54,520 nucleotides of DNA. Origin: Planctomycetia bacterium (GTDB lineage Bacteria; Planctomycetota; UBA1135; GCA-002686595). A model generated the notes under the pieces. That model made no database searches, was not told the DNA's origin, and saw only the letters and a list, made by a program, of their open reading frames with translations. Below, in pieces: positions 9,365 through 17,448 of the stretch (within the stretch, counting starts at the first letter, position 1; each line of letters starts with the position of its first letter). The translations under genes and the position numbers were made by a program. The DNA is taken from assembly GCA_046341775.1 (NCBI GenBank), contig JBKDQQ010000054.1:1-54520 (forward strand), read 5' to 3'.

Positions 9365-9981
9365 CGGCGCAGCTCCTCGGCCAGCTCGGGCGGCAGCGCC
9401 TCGCGCAGGCGGCGCCTGGCGTGGAAGAGCCGCGACATGACGGTGCCTTGCGGGATCGCGAGCGAGGCGGAGAGCTCCGCGTAGGAAAGGCCCTCGAAGT
9501 GGCGCAGCGCGAGGATCTCGCGGTCGCGCGTGGACAGCTTGCCCAGCGCCGCCCAGAACAGGCGCGCGTGTTCGTCGGCGGCGAGGTGCTCGGGCGGAGG
9601 CGACTCGTCGTCGACGTAGTCCCAATCCGCATCTTCCTCGCCCAGCTGGTCCGGACGGAAAGCCTCCTTCGCGCGCACGCGTTCGCGCGAGCGCAGCCAG
9701 CCGATGCACAGGTTGCGCAGGATGCCGTGGAACCAAGGCACGACGCCTCGCGCCTCGACCCACTCCGCGCGCGACTTCCACAGTCGCAGCAGGCACTCCT
9801 GCGTCAGCTCCAGCGCATCCTCGTCCGACCCGACGAGCGCGCGCGCGAACCGGCGACCGCGCGGCTCGAGTCGCAGCGCGAGCCGCCCGAAGGCGTCGCG
9901 GTCTCCTTGTTGCGCGGCGCGCATCAAGGACGCGAGGTCCGTGGTGGACGCGGAGGTGGAGTGCTCGGACAAGGCCCGCAT
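9361..9981 (-). CDS. RNA polymerase sigma-70 ECF-subfamily factor
   Basis: Region 2 (ELTQECLLRLWKS, VPWFHGILRNLCIGWLR) and region 4 (LSTRDREILALRHFEGLSYAELSASLAIPQGTVMSRLFHARRRL). Start MRALSEH at 9981. Confidence 0.85.
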   Translation of the reverse strand: MRALSEHSTSASTTDLASLMRAAQQGDRDAFGRLALRLEPRGRRFARALVGSDEDALELTQECLLRLWKSRAEWVEARGVVPWFHGILRNLCIGWLRSRERVRAKEAFRPDQLGEEDADWDYVDDESPPPEHLAADEHARLFWAALGKLSTRDREILALRHFEGLSYAELSASLAIPQGTVMSRLFHARRRLREALPPELAEELRR

Positions 9982-10081
9982 ATTCAGCGCTCGCGCCGGG
10001 GACCAGCGCAAGCAAAAGCCGCCCTGCTTCGCGACGCGCGGATCGAGCCGGCCAAGGCGCGGGGCGCCGGTCGCGTCGCGT

Positions 10082-11533
10082 TCAAGCCGGAGATCGCGGG
10101 TGGCAGGCGACGGCCGCCACCCACCCGGCGGCCCGCGCGATCGCGCCCGGGCCGCCGAGCCGCGCGCGCGCCGTCGCCATGCGCCGTGCGCAGTCCGCGC
10201 GCCATGCATCGTCCTCCAAGGCGCGTCGCAGGTCGGCGAGGATCGCCTGGCGCGGCGCTTCGCCGGCGAAGGCGTGCTCGGGCATCACCGGCGCGGCGGC
10301 CAGCAAGTTCGGGCCGGCGATGTGGGGGACATGGACCAACGCGCGCGCCAGGTTGGCCTCGAACCGTCCGGCGACGCGGTACACGACGACGGCGGGCACG
10401 CCGCGCGCCAGGAGGTCGATCGTGATCGTGCCCGAGACGGTCAACGCGGCGCGCGCTCGCGAGAGGAGGCCGTGCAGATCGCCCGCGCGCACTTCGAGCC
10501 GCCCCGCGGCGAGGGGCGCCGCGAGCAACCGCCGCAACTCGTCGGCGACCTCGGCGCGTTCGTGGGCGACGACGACGCGCCATCCGCGTTCGCGCGCCGC
10601 CTCGATGGCCAGGTCCGCCATCCATGCGGCGTGGCGCGCCACGACGGAGGGACGACTGCCGCACAGGACGACGAGCGTGTCGCCGTCGCTCGCCACCTGC
10701 GCGTCGTTCGCGCCGATGGCGTCGAGTTGCGGATGGCCCACCAACGCGACGCGCGCTCCGCGTCGCGCGAACCACGCGGGCTCGAAGGGCAGGATGGCGA
10801 GACCGAGGCCGGTGCAGCGCGCCCAGCGTCGCGCGCGCCACGCGGCCCACGCCCAATGCTGCGGCGCGACGAGGTGGACCGTGCGGCATCCGCGCGCGCG
10901 CAGCATCGAGAAGAGCGGCACGTGCAAGGCGGGCGAGTCGACGGCGACGACCACGTCCGGCTGGAACGCGTCGCTGCGGGCCACGGCGTCCTCGAGCAGC
11001 CCCAGGTAGCGCGACAGCGAGCGCAGCACCGCGCTGAAGCCCATCTGCGCGCGGCTCACGGTGTCGTGCCAGCACTCGACGCCCGCGGCCGCGAGGCGCG
11101 GCCCGCCCAGGCCGGCGAAGCGCGGTTCCGGCGCGCCGCGCGCGCGCGCTTGCGCCCGCAGCGCAGCCACGAGGTTCGCCGCATGGACTTCGCCCGAGAC
11201 CTCCGCGCACGAGACGAGCACGCGCAACGGCCGATCCTCGGGCCACTCCGCCAAGGGCGGCTCGAGCAGTTCGGCCGGCGCCGACAAGCAGTCGACCAGC
11301 TCCGCGCGCAGCGCGCGGCCGCGGACGATCGAGAGCGCCACGCGCGCCGGCCACGAGAACGCGTCGCCGACGGCTCGCGCCAGCTCGCGCCGCACGAGCG
11401 CGCGTGCCGAGGCTCGGCCGGTTCGCGCGGCGAGCGCCGCCCCGCAGGCCTCCTCCACGAGCCTGCGCGCCCGCTGCGAGTCCCGCGGACCGCCGGCGCC
11501 CTCCGCGCGCAGGGACTTCGGTTGGTGCGCCAC
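10082..11533 (-). CDS. lpxB: lipid-A-disaccharide synthase (GT19)
   Basis: LRVLVSCAEVSGEVHAANLVAALR, PRFAGLGGPRLAAAGVECW, KPDVVVAVDSPALHVPLF, VHLVAPQHWAWAAWRARR, GLAILPFEPAWF. These are collinear with LpxB. The true start is uncertain: there is no ATG near the conserved N-terminus, so it may use GTG/TTG and be 50-100 aa shorter than the ORF. Confidence 0.7.
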   Translation of the reverse strand: MAHQPKSLRAEGAGGPRDSQRARRLVEEACGAALAARTGRASARALVRRELARAVGDAFSWPARVALSIVRGRALRAELVDCLSAPAELLEPPLAEWPEDRPLRVLVSCAEVSGEVHAANLVAALRAQARARGAPEPRFAGLGGPRLAAAGVECWHDTVSRAQMGFSAVLRSLSRYLGLLEDAVARSDAFQPDVVVAVDSPALHVPLFSMLRARGCRTVHLVAPQHWAWAAWRARRWARCTGLGLAILPFEPAWFARRGARVALVGHPQLDAIGANDAQVASDGDTLVVLCGSRPSVVARHAAWMADLAIEAARERGWRVVVAHERAEVADELRRLLAAPLAAGRLEVRAGDLHGLLSRARAALTVSGTITIDLLARGVPAVVVYRVAGRFEANLARALVHVPHIAGPNLLAAAPVMPEHAFAGEAPRQAILADLRRALEDDAWRADCARRMATARARLGGPGAIARAAGWVAAVACHPRSPA

Positions 11534-11606
11534 GCACCCGCAGGATGGTGGCGGATGGCCCCGGAAGCAAGCCGCAAGCGCGTCCGCGCGCTATCCTTCC
11601 CCGCCC

Positions 11607-12299
11607 ATGCTGCGCCTCGTGTCGTGGTTCCTCGCCGTGTTCGTGCTGCTGCACCTGCTGCGGCTCGTGCCCGCGGTGGGACGCCTGTTCGACGTGCCCT
11701 TCCTCGGCTTCTTCCTCGCCGCGGCCATCCTGTCCTTCGCCGTCGCTCGCGGCGGCGAGGCCATGGCCCGGCGCGCCGCGGCGGCGCGCGTGCGGCGCGA
11801 GCTGGGCTCGGTCGACACGCCGCACCAGCGCGGCAAGCTGGGCACGCACCTCCTCGCCGCCGGCGCGGCGCGCGAAGCAGAGGGGCACCTCGCGGCGGCT
11901 GCCGCGGGCGACTCCGAACGGCTGGAGTGGAGCTACAAGCTCGGTTGCGCGCGTCTCGCGCTCGGCCGGGCGAGCGACGCCATCGCTCCGCTGGCCTTCG
12001 TGGTGGCGCGCGAGGAGGAGCACGCCTTCGGCGCGGCCGTGCTGCGCCTCGCGCAAGCGGCGCTGGCGACGGGGGAGCTCGACCTTGCCGCGCGCGAGCT
12101 CGCGCGCTTCGAGAGGAACCACGGCCCCACGCCGGAGAGCGCGTGGTGGAGGAGCCGCCTCGCCAAGGCGCGCGGCGACCGCGCCGCCGCGCGCGCGGCT
12201 TGCGAGGAGGTGCTGGCGCTGCAGGCGCGCGCCACGCGCTTCCAGAAGAAGGCCGGTCGCTCCTACGCCCTCAAGGCCTGGTTCGCGCGACGCACGTGA
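11607..12299 (+). CDS. hypothetical membrane protein with an Ala-rich TPR-like C-terminal domain
   Basis: Two N-terminal TM helices (LVSWFLAVFVLLHLL, FLGFFLAAAILSFAVA), then helical Ala/Leu/Arg-rich repeats. Divergent from lpxB. Confidence 0.5.
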   Translation: MLRLVSWFLAVFVLLHLLRLVPAVGRLFDVPFLGFFLAAAILSFAVARGGEAMARRAAAARVRRELGSVDTPHQRGKLGTHLLAAGAAREAEGHLAAAAAGDSERLEWSYKLGCARLALGRASDAIAPLAFVVAREEEHAFGAAVLRLAQAALATGELDLAARELARFERNHGPTPESAWWRSRLAKARGDRAAARAACEEVLALQARATRFQKKAGRSYALKAWFARRT

Positions 12300-12332
12300 T
12301 CCGACCGGAGGCTCGACGGGCGCGGGCGCGCC

Positions 12333-13094
12333 TCAAGGCGTCCGACGCGCGTACAGTCGCTGGGACAACTCGAAGAATCCCGCGGTGGCGGCGACGAGGC
12401 CCAGCGCGACCCACGGATCGAGCGCGTGCTGCGCCATGATGCGCGCGAAGGCGTCGATGTCCGTCAGCCGGAACACGGACCAGTGCGTCAAGGTCTGCAC
12501 GAGGTAGATGGAGAACTCGGCCAGCATGAAGAGCAGCATGCCGAAGCCGATGACCATCGGGCGCGAACTGGCGCAGCTCAAGGCGAAGGTGGCCGAGTAC
12601 ATCGCCAGCAGCAGCAGTCCCTGATGCGTGGCGGCGAGGAACAACGGCCAGTGCTCCATGTCCTCGTCGATGAAGCCCAGGAGCCAGGGGATGCTGTGCG
12701 TCGAGGCGTAGACCGGCAGGAGGACGGCCAGCGCGCCGGCGATCCAGCGCTCGGACAGCACGCGGCGGCGCGACATGGGGCGCGCGAGCAGGATCTCGAG
12801 CGTGCCGCGCTGCGCCTCGCCGGCGACGACGCCCATGGCGAACACCACCGCCGCCAGCACTCCGACCGTGTTGCAGCCCTTGAAGAAGTGCTGGCCGTTG
12901 ACGTAGGCGACGATGCCGCCCGCCTCCAGCTGGTCGATCATGCCCTTCAACGATTCCATCGGCGCCATGTCGCGCAGGGCGTCGATGTTGTCCTCGAAGC
13001 TGGGCCAGAACAGGATCGCGCCGACGAGCAGCGCCTCGAGCACCACGAACCACGCCAGCGCGCCCCACAGGGCGAAGCGATGCTCGCGCAGCAT
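12333..13094 (-). CDS. ABC-2 family transporter permease
   Basis: 253 aa and about 6 TM segments. The start ATG at 13094 overlaps the upstream ATPase stop (ATGA). Confidence 0.7.
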   Translation of the reverse strand: MLREHRFALWGALAWFVVLEALLVGAILFWPSFEDNIDALRDMAPMESLKGMIDQLEAGGIVAYVNGQHFFKGCNTVGVLAAVVFAMGVVAGEAQRGTLEILLARPMSRRRVLSERWIAGALAVLLPVYASTHSIPWLLGFIDEDMEHWPLFLAATHQGLLLLAMYSATFALSCASSRPMVIGFGMLLFMLAEFSIYLVQTLTHWSVFRLTDIDAFARIMAQHALDPWVALGLVAATAGFFELSQRLYARRTP

Positions 13095-14047
13095 CAGCAA
13101 CCCTCCACGCCGTACAGCTCGCGGTAGAGCTCGGCCAGCGACAACTTGCCATGCTCGATCGCGCGCGGCGGCGGCAGTCCCGGCAGCGACAGGAACCGGG
13201 CCAGCCACTCGCGCGGCTCGCCGTCCACGCGCACGGAGGCGCGCAGCTCGTCCTCGACGCGCTCCCACCCGATCTGGGCGCCGCCGAGCTGGCGCAGCGC
13301 CTGTTCGAGGCGCGCGTCGTCCGCGCCGGCCGCGAAGGCGAGGCGCACGACTCGCGCGGCGCGCGCCTTCACGGCCTGCGTCGTCTCGTCGGCGAGGATG
13401 CGCCCCGCCTGCACGAACACGAGGCGCGCGCAGGCGCGATCGACCTCGCCCAGATGGTGCGATGACAACAGCACGGTCGTGCCGCGCGCCGCGTCCTCGA
13501 AGAGCATCTCCAGCACTTGCCCGCGCTTCGTGGGATCGAGTCCCTCGGTGGGCTCGTCGAGGATCCTGACCGGAACGTCCGGCGCCAACGCCGCGCACAC
13601 CAGCAGTTGGCGCTTCATGCCATGGCTGAACGAGCGCACGCGCTTCGAGAGCGGCAGCTCGAGGCGCGCCGCCAGCGCCAGCCCGCGCTCGAGCGCGCCG
13701 CGTTCGCGTCCACGCAGCAACCACTCGAGGTGCTCGCGCGCGGTGAGCTCGCCGTACAGGGCGATCTCGCCGGGCGCGTAGGCGGCGCGGCGCCGGATGG
13801 CGACCCCGTCGCCGACCAGCCTGGCGCCCGCGACCTCGATTTCGCCCGCGTCCGGACGCACCAGGCCGTACAGGCAACGCAGGAAGGTGCTCTTGCCGCT
13901 GCCGTTCGGGCCGAGCAAGCCGGTGATGCCCGGGCCGGCCGCGAGGTCGATGCCCGCCACCGCCACCTTGTCGCCGAAGCGCCGCGCCACGCCGCGCGCG
14001 ACGATCGTGGGGGCGCCGGGCGCCGTGGGGGGGAGGGCGGTCTGCAC
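13094..14047 (-). CDS. ABC transporter ATP-binding protein
   Basis: Walker A GPNGSGKST, signature LSHGMKRQLLVCAALA (LSGG-like), Walker B VRILDEPTEGLD, H-loop SSHHL. I take the start as GTG at 14047 because there is no in-frame ATG. The start is uncertain. Confidence 0.75.
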   Translation of the reverse strand: MQTALPPTAPGAPTIVARGVARRFGDKVAVAGIDLAAGPGITGLLGPNGSGKSTFLRCLYGLVRPDAGEIEVAGARLVGDGVAIRRRAAYAPGEIALYGELTAREHLEWLLRGRERGALERGLALAARLELPLSKRVRSFSHGMKRQLLVCAALAPDVPVRILDEPTEGLDPTKRGQVLEMLFEDAARGTTVLLSSHHLGEVDRACARLVFVQAGRILADETTQAVKARAARVVRLAFAAGADDARLEQALRQLGGAQIGWERVEDELRASVRVDGEPREWLARFLSLPGLPPPRAIEHGKLSLAELYRELYGVEGC

Positions 14048-14133
14048 GACCTTCCATGGTACGCCCGGGCATCTCCTCCCGATGCGAACGGCTTGGCTGC
14101 GGGCGTTCCGGAGCGCAGACTGCCTCGTCTCCC

Positions 14134-14877
14134 ATGCGGGGATCCGCGCGGCAACTCGAGCTCGTCGCCACGCTGAAGCACGATGTCTTCGGCGTCGTGG
14201 AGCTCGTGCGTGGCGAAGAAGGGCTGTGCGTGCGTCGTCGCACGCGCCGAGGCCGCTTCGACCCGCGCGCCGTGCTGGCGCGGATGCTGCTGGCGCGCGA
14301 GCGCGCGGCCCTCGAGCGCCTCGCGGGCTTGGCGGGCGTGCCGCGCCTGTCGGGCCACGACCGCGGTCGCGCCGACGAGCTGGTGCGCACGCACCTCGCG
14401 GGAGCGCCGTTGCAGTCCGCGATGCGCATCCCGCGCGACTACTTCGATCGGCTCGACGAGCTGGTCGCGGCCTTGCACGCGCGTGGCGTGTGCCACAACG
14501 ACCTGCACAAGGAACCCAACATCCTCGTCGGCGATGACGGCCGGCCTGCGTTGCTCGACTTCCAACTGGCGAGCGTCCACGCCGGGCGGCGCACGCGCAC
14601 CTTCGATGTGCGCGCCGGCGAGGACCTGCGCCACGCCGAGAAGCACCGTCGCCGCTACGCGCGCCACGGCGGACTGGAGCACGGCGTCGCGCCTCAGGGC
14701 GCAGGTGCAGGTCGCCGACGCAGCGCCCTGGCGCGCGCCTGGCGCCACGTGGGCAAGCCGACTTGGGATTGGGTGCGCGGCTCCCTGGGACGCTCGCGCG
14801 AATTGGAAGGTGGACGCCCCGACGCGGGTCCGTGGCCGGAGTGGAGCGAGCCGGTCGGAGTGCCCGACGAGTCGTGA
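14134..14877 (+). CDS. atypical small protein-kinase-like protein (lipopolysaccharide/Kdo-kinase or RIO-like fold?)
   Basis: Catalytic-loop-like VCHNDLHKEPNILV (HxDLxxxxN) and LLDFQLAS (DFG-like). There is no canonical Gly-rich loop or VAIK Lys. The C-terminus is Arg/Gly-rich low complexity. Divergent from the ABC ATPase. Confidence 0.5.
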   Translation: MRGSARQLELVATLKHDVFGVVELVRGEEGLCVRRRTRRGRFDPRAVLARMLLARERAALERLAGLAGVPRLSGHDRGRADELVRTHLAGAPLQSAMRIPRDYFDRLDELVAALHARGVCHNDLHKEPNILVGDDGRPALLDFQLASVHAGRRTRTFDVRAGEDLRHAEKHRRRYARHGGLEHGVAPQGAGAGRRRSALARAWRHVGKPTWDWVRGSLGRSRELEGGRPDAGPWPEWSEPVGVPDES

Positions 14878-15122
14878 TCGCACCCGCGGCGGCCGAATGC
14901 GCGCGGTCGGCGCACGGCGCAAGGCGCTTGCCGGTGCCATGGCATGCCAACGCGGTGTTGTCCCGCGCACGAAGGGAGGTGCCTAGGCCTCCACGGCATC
15001 GCTGCGCGCGAAGGACCTTCGTCCACGAGTGACGCTCGCCTCGAGGGATCGTCACCCCGGGGAGACATCATGCCGCGGAGGATGCACCCCGCTGAGAAGG
15101 CACCCCGCTGAGAAGGCGCGTC

Positions 15123-15776
15123 TCAGAGGATGTCTTCGCGGTAGATCCAGCCCTTGCGGTCGGGCGCGCCGCGCGCCACGAGGCGCCACAGGTGCTCCGG
15201 GCCGACGACGGCGAGGTACTCGCGCTCGCCGTCGCGCGTTTGCAGCAGGATGCGGCCGGAGACCAGCCCGACCAGGCGCTTCTCGTGCTCGCGCTCCTCG
15301 GGCACGACGAACACGCCCGCCCCGATGTACTCCGGATGGCCGCGCAGGCGGTCGGGCACGGTGGTGACGAGTCCGAAGACGCGCGGGTCTTCGAGGACCA
15401 CGACCTTCTCCTTCCACGGACCCGCGGCATCGCGGCCGTGGATCCACAGCAGCTCGCCGGCCTTGGGCGAACGGAACTCGAGCGTGCAGTCCGGCAGGCG
15501 GATCTCGGTCGAGGCGGTGTACACCGGGCCTCCGACCGGTTCGATCACCACCTTTTCGATGCTCGGGCCGTCGCCGAACCACGAGGTGACCTCCGCGGGC
15601 CCGGAACGCGCCGAGCGTCCGAGGAACACGAGGCCGTAGTCGGTGCACACGCCCAGTTCCTCGCCACCGGTGGTCTTGATGTGCACCACCGGGTCGGAGA
15701 TGGTCCGGACACCCGTGCAGGCGCCGAGGAAGGGCAGGGCGAGAACGAGGGCGGCGAGGGCTGTGCGCTGGATCAT
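15123..15776 (-). CDS. hypothetical lipoprotein
   Basis: Lipobox MIQRTALAALVLALPFLGAC. 217 aa. The ATG overlaps the upstream gene's stop (ATGA). Confidence 0.6.
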   Translation of the reverse strand: MIQRTALAALVLALPFLGACTGVRTISDPVVHIKTTGGEELGVCTDYGLVFLGRSARSGPAEVTSWFGDGPSIEKVVIEPVGGPVYTASTEIRLPDCTLEFRSPKAGELLWIHGRDAAGPWKEKVVVLEDPRVFGLVTTVPDRLRGHPEYIGAGVFVVPEEREHEKRLVGLVSGRILLQTRDGEREYLAVVGPEHLWRLVARGAPDRKGWIYREDIL

Positions 15777-17443
15777 TCGAAGCGTTCGTACCACGTCCGA
15801 TAGTAGTCGTTCTCGGGGTCGAGCTCCATCGCCAACCCGGCCCAGCGCTTGGCCTCCTCGTCGCTGAACTTCGACGCGTCGCCGTCGGAGACCTCGATGC
15901 CGCCGCCACCCGCGCCACGGCCGGTGCGCGTGTTGAGCCGGCCGACCTTGAGGGCCGACAGGTCGTAGTACACGTCCGCGTCCAACGGATCGAGCTCGAG
16001 CGCCTTGAGCAGGTCCGCCCGGGCCTTGGCCTCCGCGCCGGAGAACGCATTGGCCTTGGCGCGGCCCACGAAGGCGCGCGGGTCGGTCGTGCCCAATTCG
16101 ATGGCCGCGTCGAAGTCGGCGAGCGCCTCGTCGAGCTTGAACCCGCGCAGGTTGCTCAAGGCGCGCTTGAGGCGCGCCGTCGGGCCTTCGATGGGGATCT
16201 GCTTGATGTAGTCGATCCACAGCGCCTCGAGCTTCTCGACGTCCTTCTCGCCGATGCGCTTCAAGAGGTGCGCGCGGATGTCCTCGGGCTTCACGCCGAA
16301 GCCGCCGCCCATCGCCTCCGAGGGGATGCCCTTGGCGCGCGTGTAGATCTCCTTGAAGAAGCGGTTGAAGTTCTTCTGGTGCTTGGCGCCTTCGTAGGTG
16401 TTCAGGAAGTACACGAAGGACCATGCGTGCGCGTACTCGAAGCCGTCGAACGCGTTGCGGTCGAGCTTGAACATCGTCTCGAGCTTGGTGTAGCCCCGCC
16501 CACCGCGCCGCTTCTTGGCCTCGCCCGTGGCGGCTTGCGAGCCTTGCGTCACGCCGATCGCCTCCTGTACCGTCAACACGCGGTCGAGCTGGGGCTCGCC
16601 GGGCTCGATCACGAGCTTGCCCTTCTTGTCGCGGTAGACCTTCGAGCTGCCGTAGTAGTCCGCCACGGCTTCGTTGAGCCAGATCTGCTCCTCGTACTGC
16701 GGATCGATCAAGTACGTCAGGAGGTGCGTGCACTCGTGCAGCGCGACCCAGGTCGATTGCTCGGGCTCCTGGTAGTCGTGGTAGAAGTTGAGCGTCTTGT
16801 CGTACGCCCAGAAGTAGCCGAGCGTGCCCGGCCCCAAGTCCTCCGCCGCGGCGTTGGCGTGGAAGTCGTCGTAGGACTTGTAGATGTTGACGACCATCTT
16901 CGTGCGCATCAGGGACGGCGTCGGCTTGATGCCGATGCGGTTGTCCATGAGCGCGTAGTACGTCTCCAGGAGTTCGGCGTAGTAGTCGAGCAACTCGGTG
17001 CTCGTGTTGGTCTTGAAGACGAAGTGCTGCGTCTCCTTCTCCCAACCCGCGCCCCAGGTCGAGCGCGCCTTGATCTCCTCGATGCGCTTGGCGGCGGCGG
17101 CTTGCTCCTTGGCGCGCTCCGCCTCGTAGGCGGGCTTCGACCACCATTTCGAACGGTACCGCACGAAGCCCTGCGCGAGCTTCTCCTCCTCGTCCTTGTT
17201 GGCCGGGACGTAGTCGCTCATGTCGCCTTCGACCTCGATCGAGCGCACGAGCGAGCGGTCCTTGACCACGATCTCGCCGCCGGTCTCGAAGGTCAGCTTG
17301 ATCTCGCCGCCCGCCTCGCGCGCCTTGGCGGGCGTCACGACGCGACCATCCTTGGTCACGATGCGGTCGGCCAGCGCGTTCGGCGCGCACAGGAGGAGGA
17401 TGAAGGCGGCGCCGGCACTGGCGGCGAAATTCGTGTGTCGCAT
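15773..17443 (-). CDS. secreted HExxH-motif protein with C-terminal TPR repeats (DUF1570-like putative metallopeptidase)
   Basis: Signal peptide MRHTNFAASAGAAFILLLCAPNALA, motif WVALHECTHLLTYL, and a C-terminal TPR-like region (ALADFDAAIELGTTDPRAFVGRAKA...). Confidence 0.7.
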   Translation of the reverse strand: MRHTNFAASAGAAFILLLCAPNALADRIVTKDGRVVTPAKAREAGGEIKLTFETGGEIVVKDRSLVRSIEVEGDMSDYVPANKDEEEKLAQGFVRYRSKWWSKPAYEAERAKEQAAAAKRIEEIKARSTWGAGWEKETQHFVFKTNTSTELLDYYAELLETYYALMDNRIGIKPTPSLMRTKMVVNIYKSYDDFHANAAAEDLGPGTLGYFWAYDKTLNFYHDYQEPEQSTWVALHECTHLLTYLIDPQYEEQIWLNEAVADYYGSSKVYRDKKGKLVIEPGEPQLDRVLTVQEAIGVTQGSQAATGEAKKRRGGRGYTKLETMFKLDRNAFDGFEYAHAWSFVYFLNTYEGAKHQKNFNRFFKEIYTRAKGIPSEAMGGGFGVKPEDIRAHLLKRIGEKDVEKLEALWIDYIKQIPIEGPTARLKRALSNLRGFKLDEALADFDAAIELGTTDPRAFVGRAKANAFSGAEAKARADLLKALELDPLDADVYYDLSALKVGRLNTRTGRGAGGGGIEVSDGDASKFSDEEAKRWAGLAMELDPENDYYRTWYERFE

Positions 17444-17448
17444 GCTTG

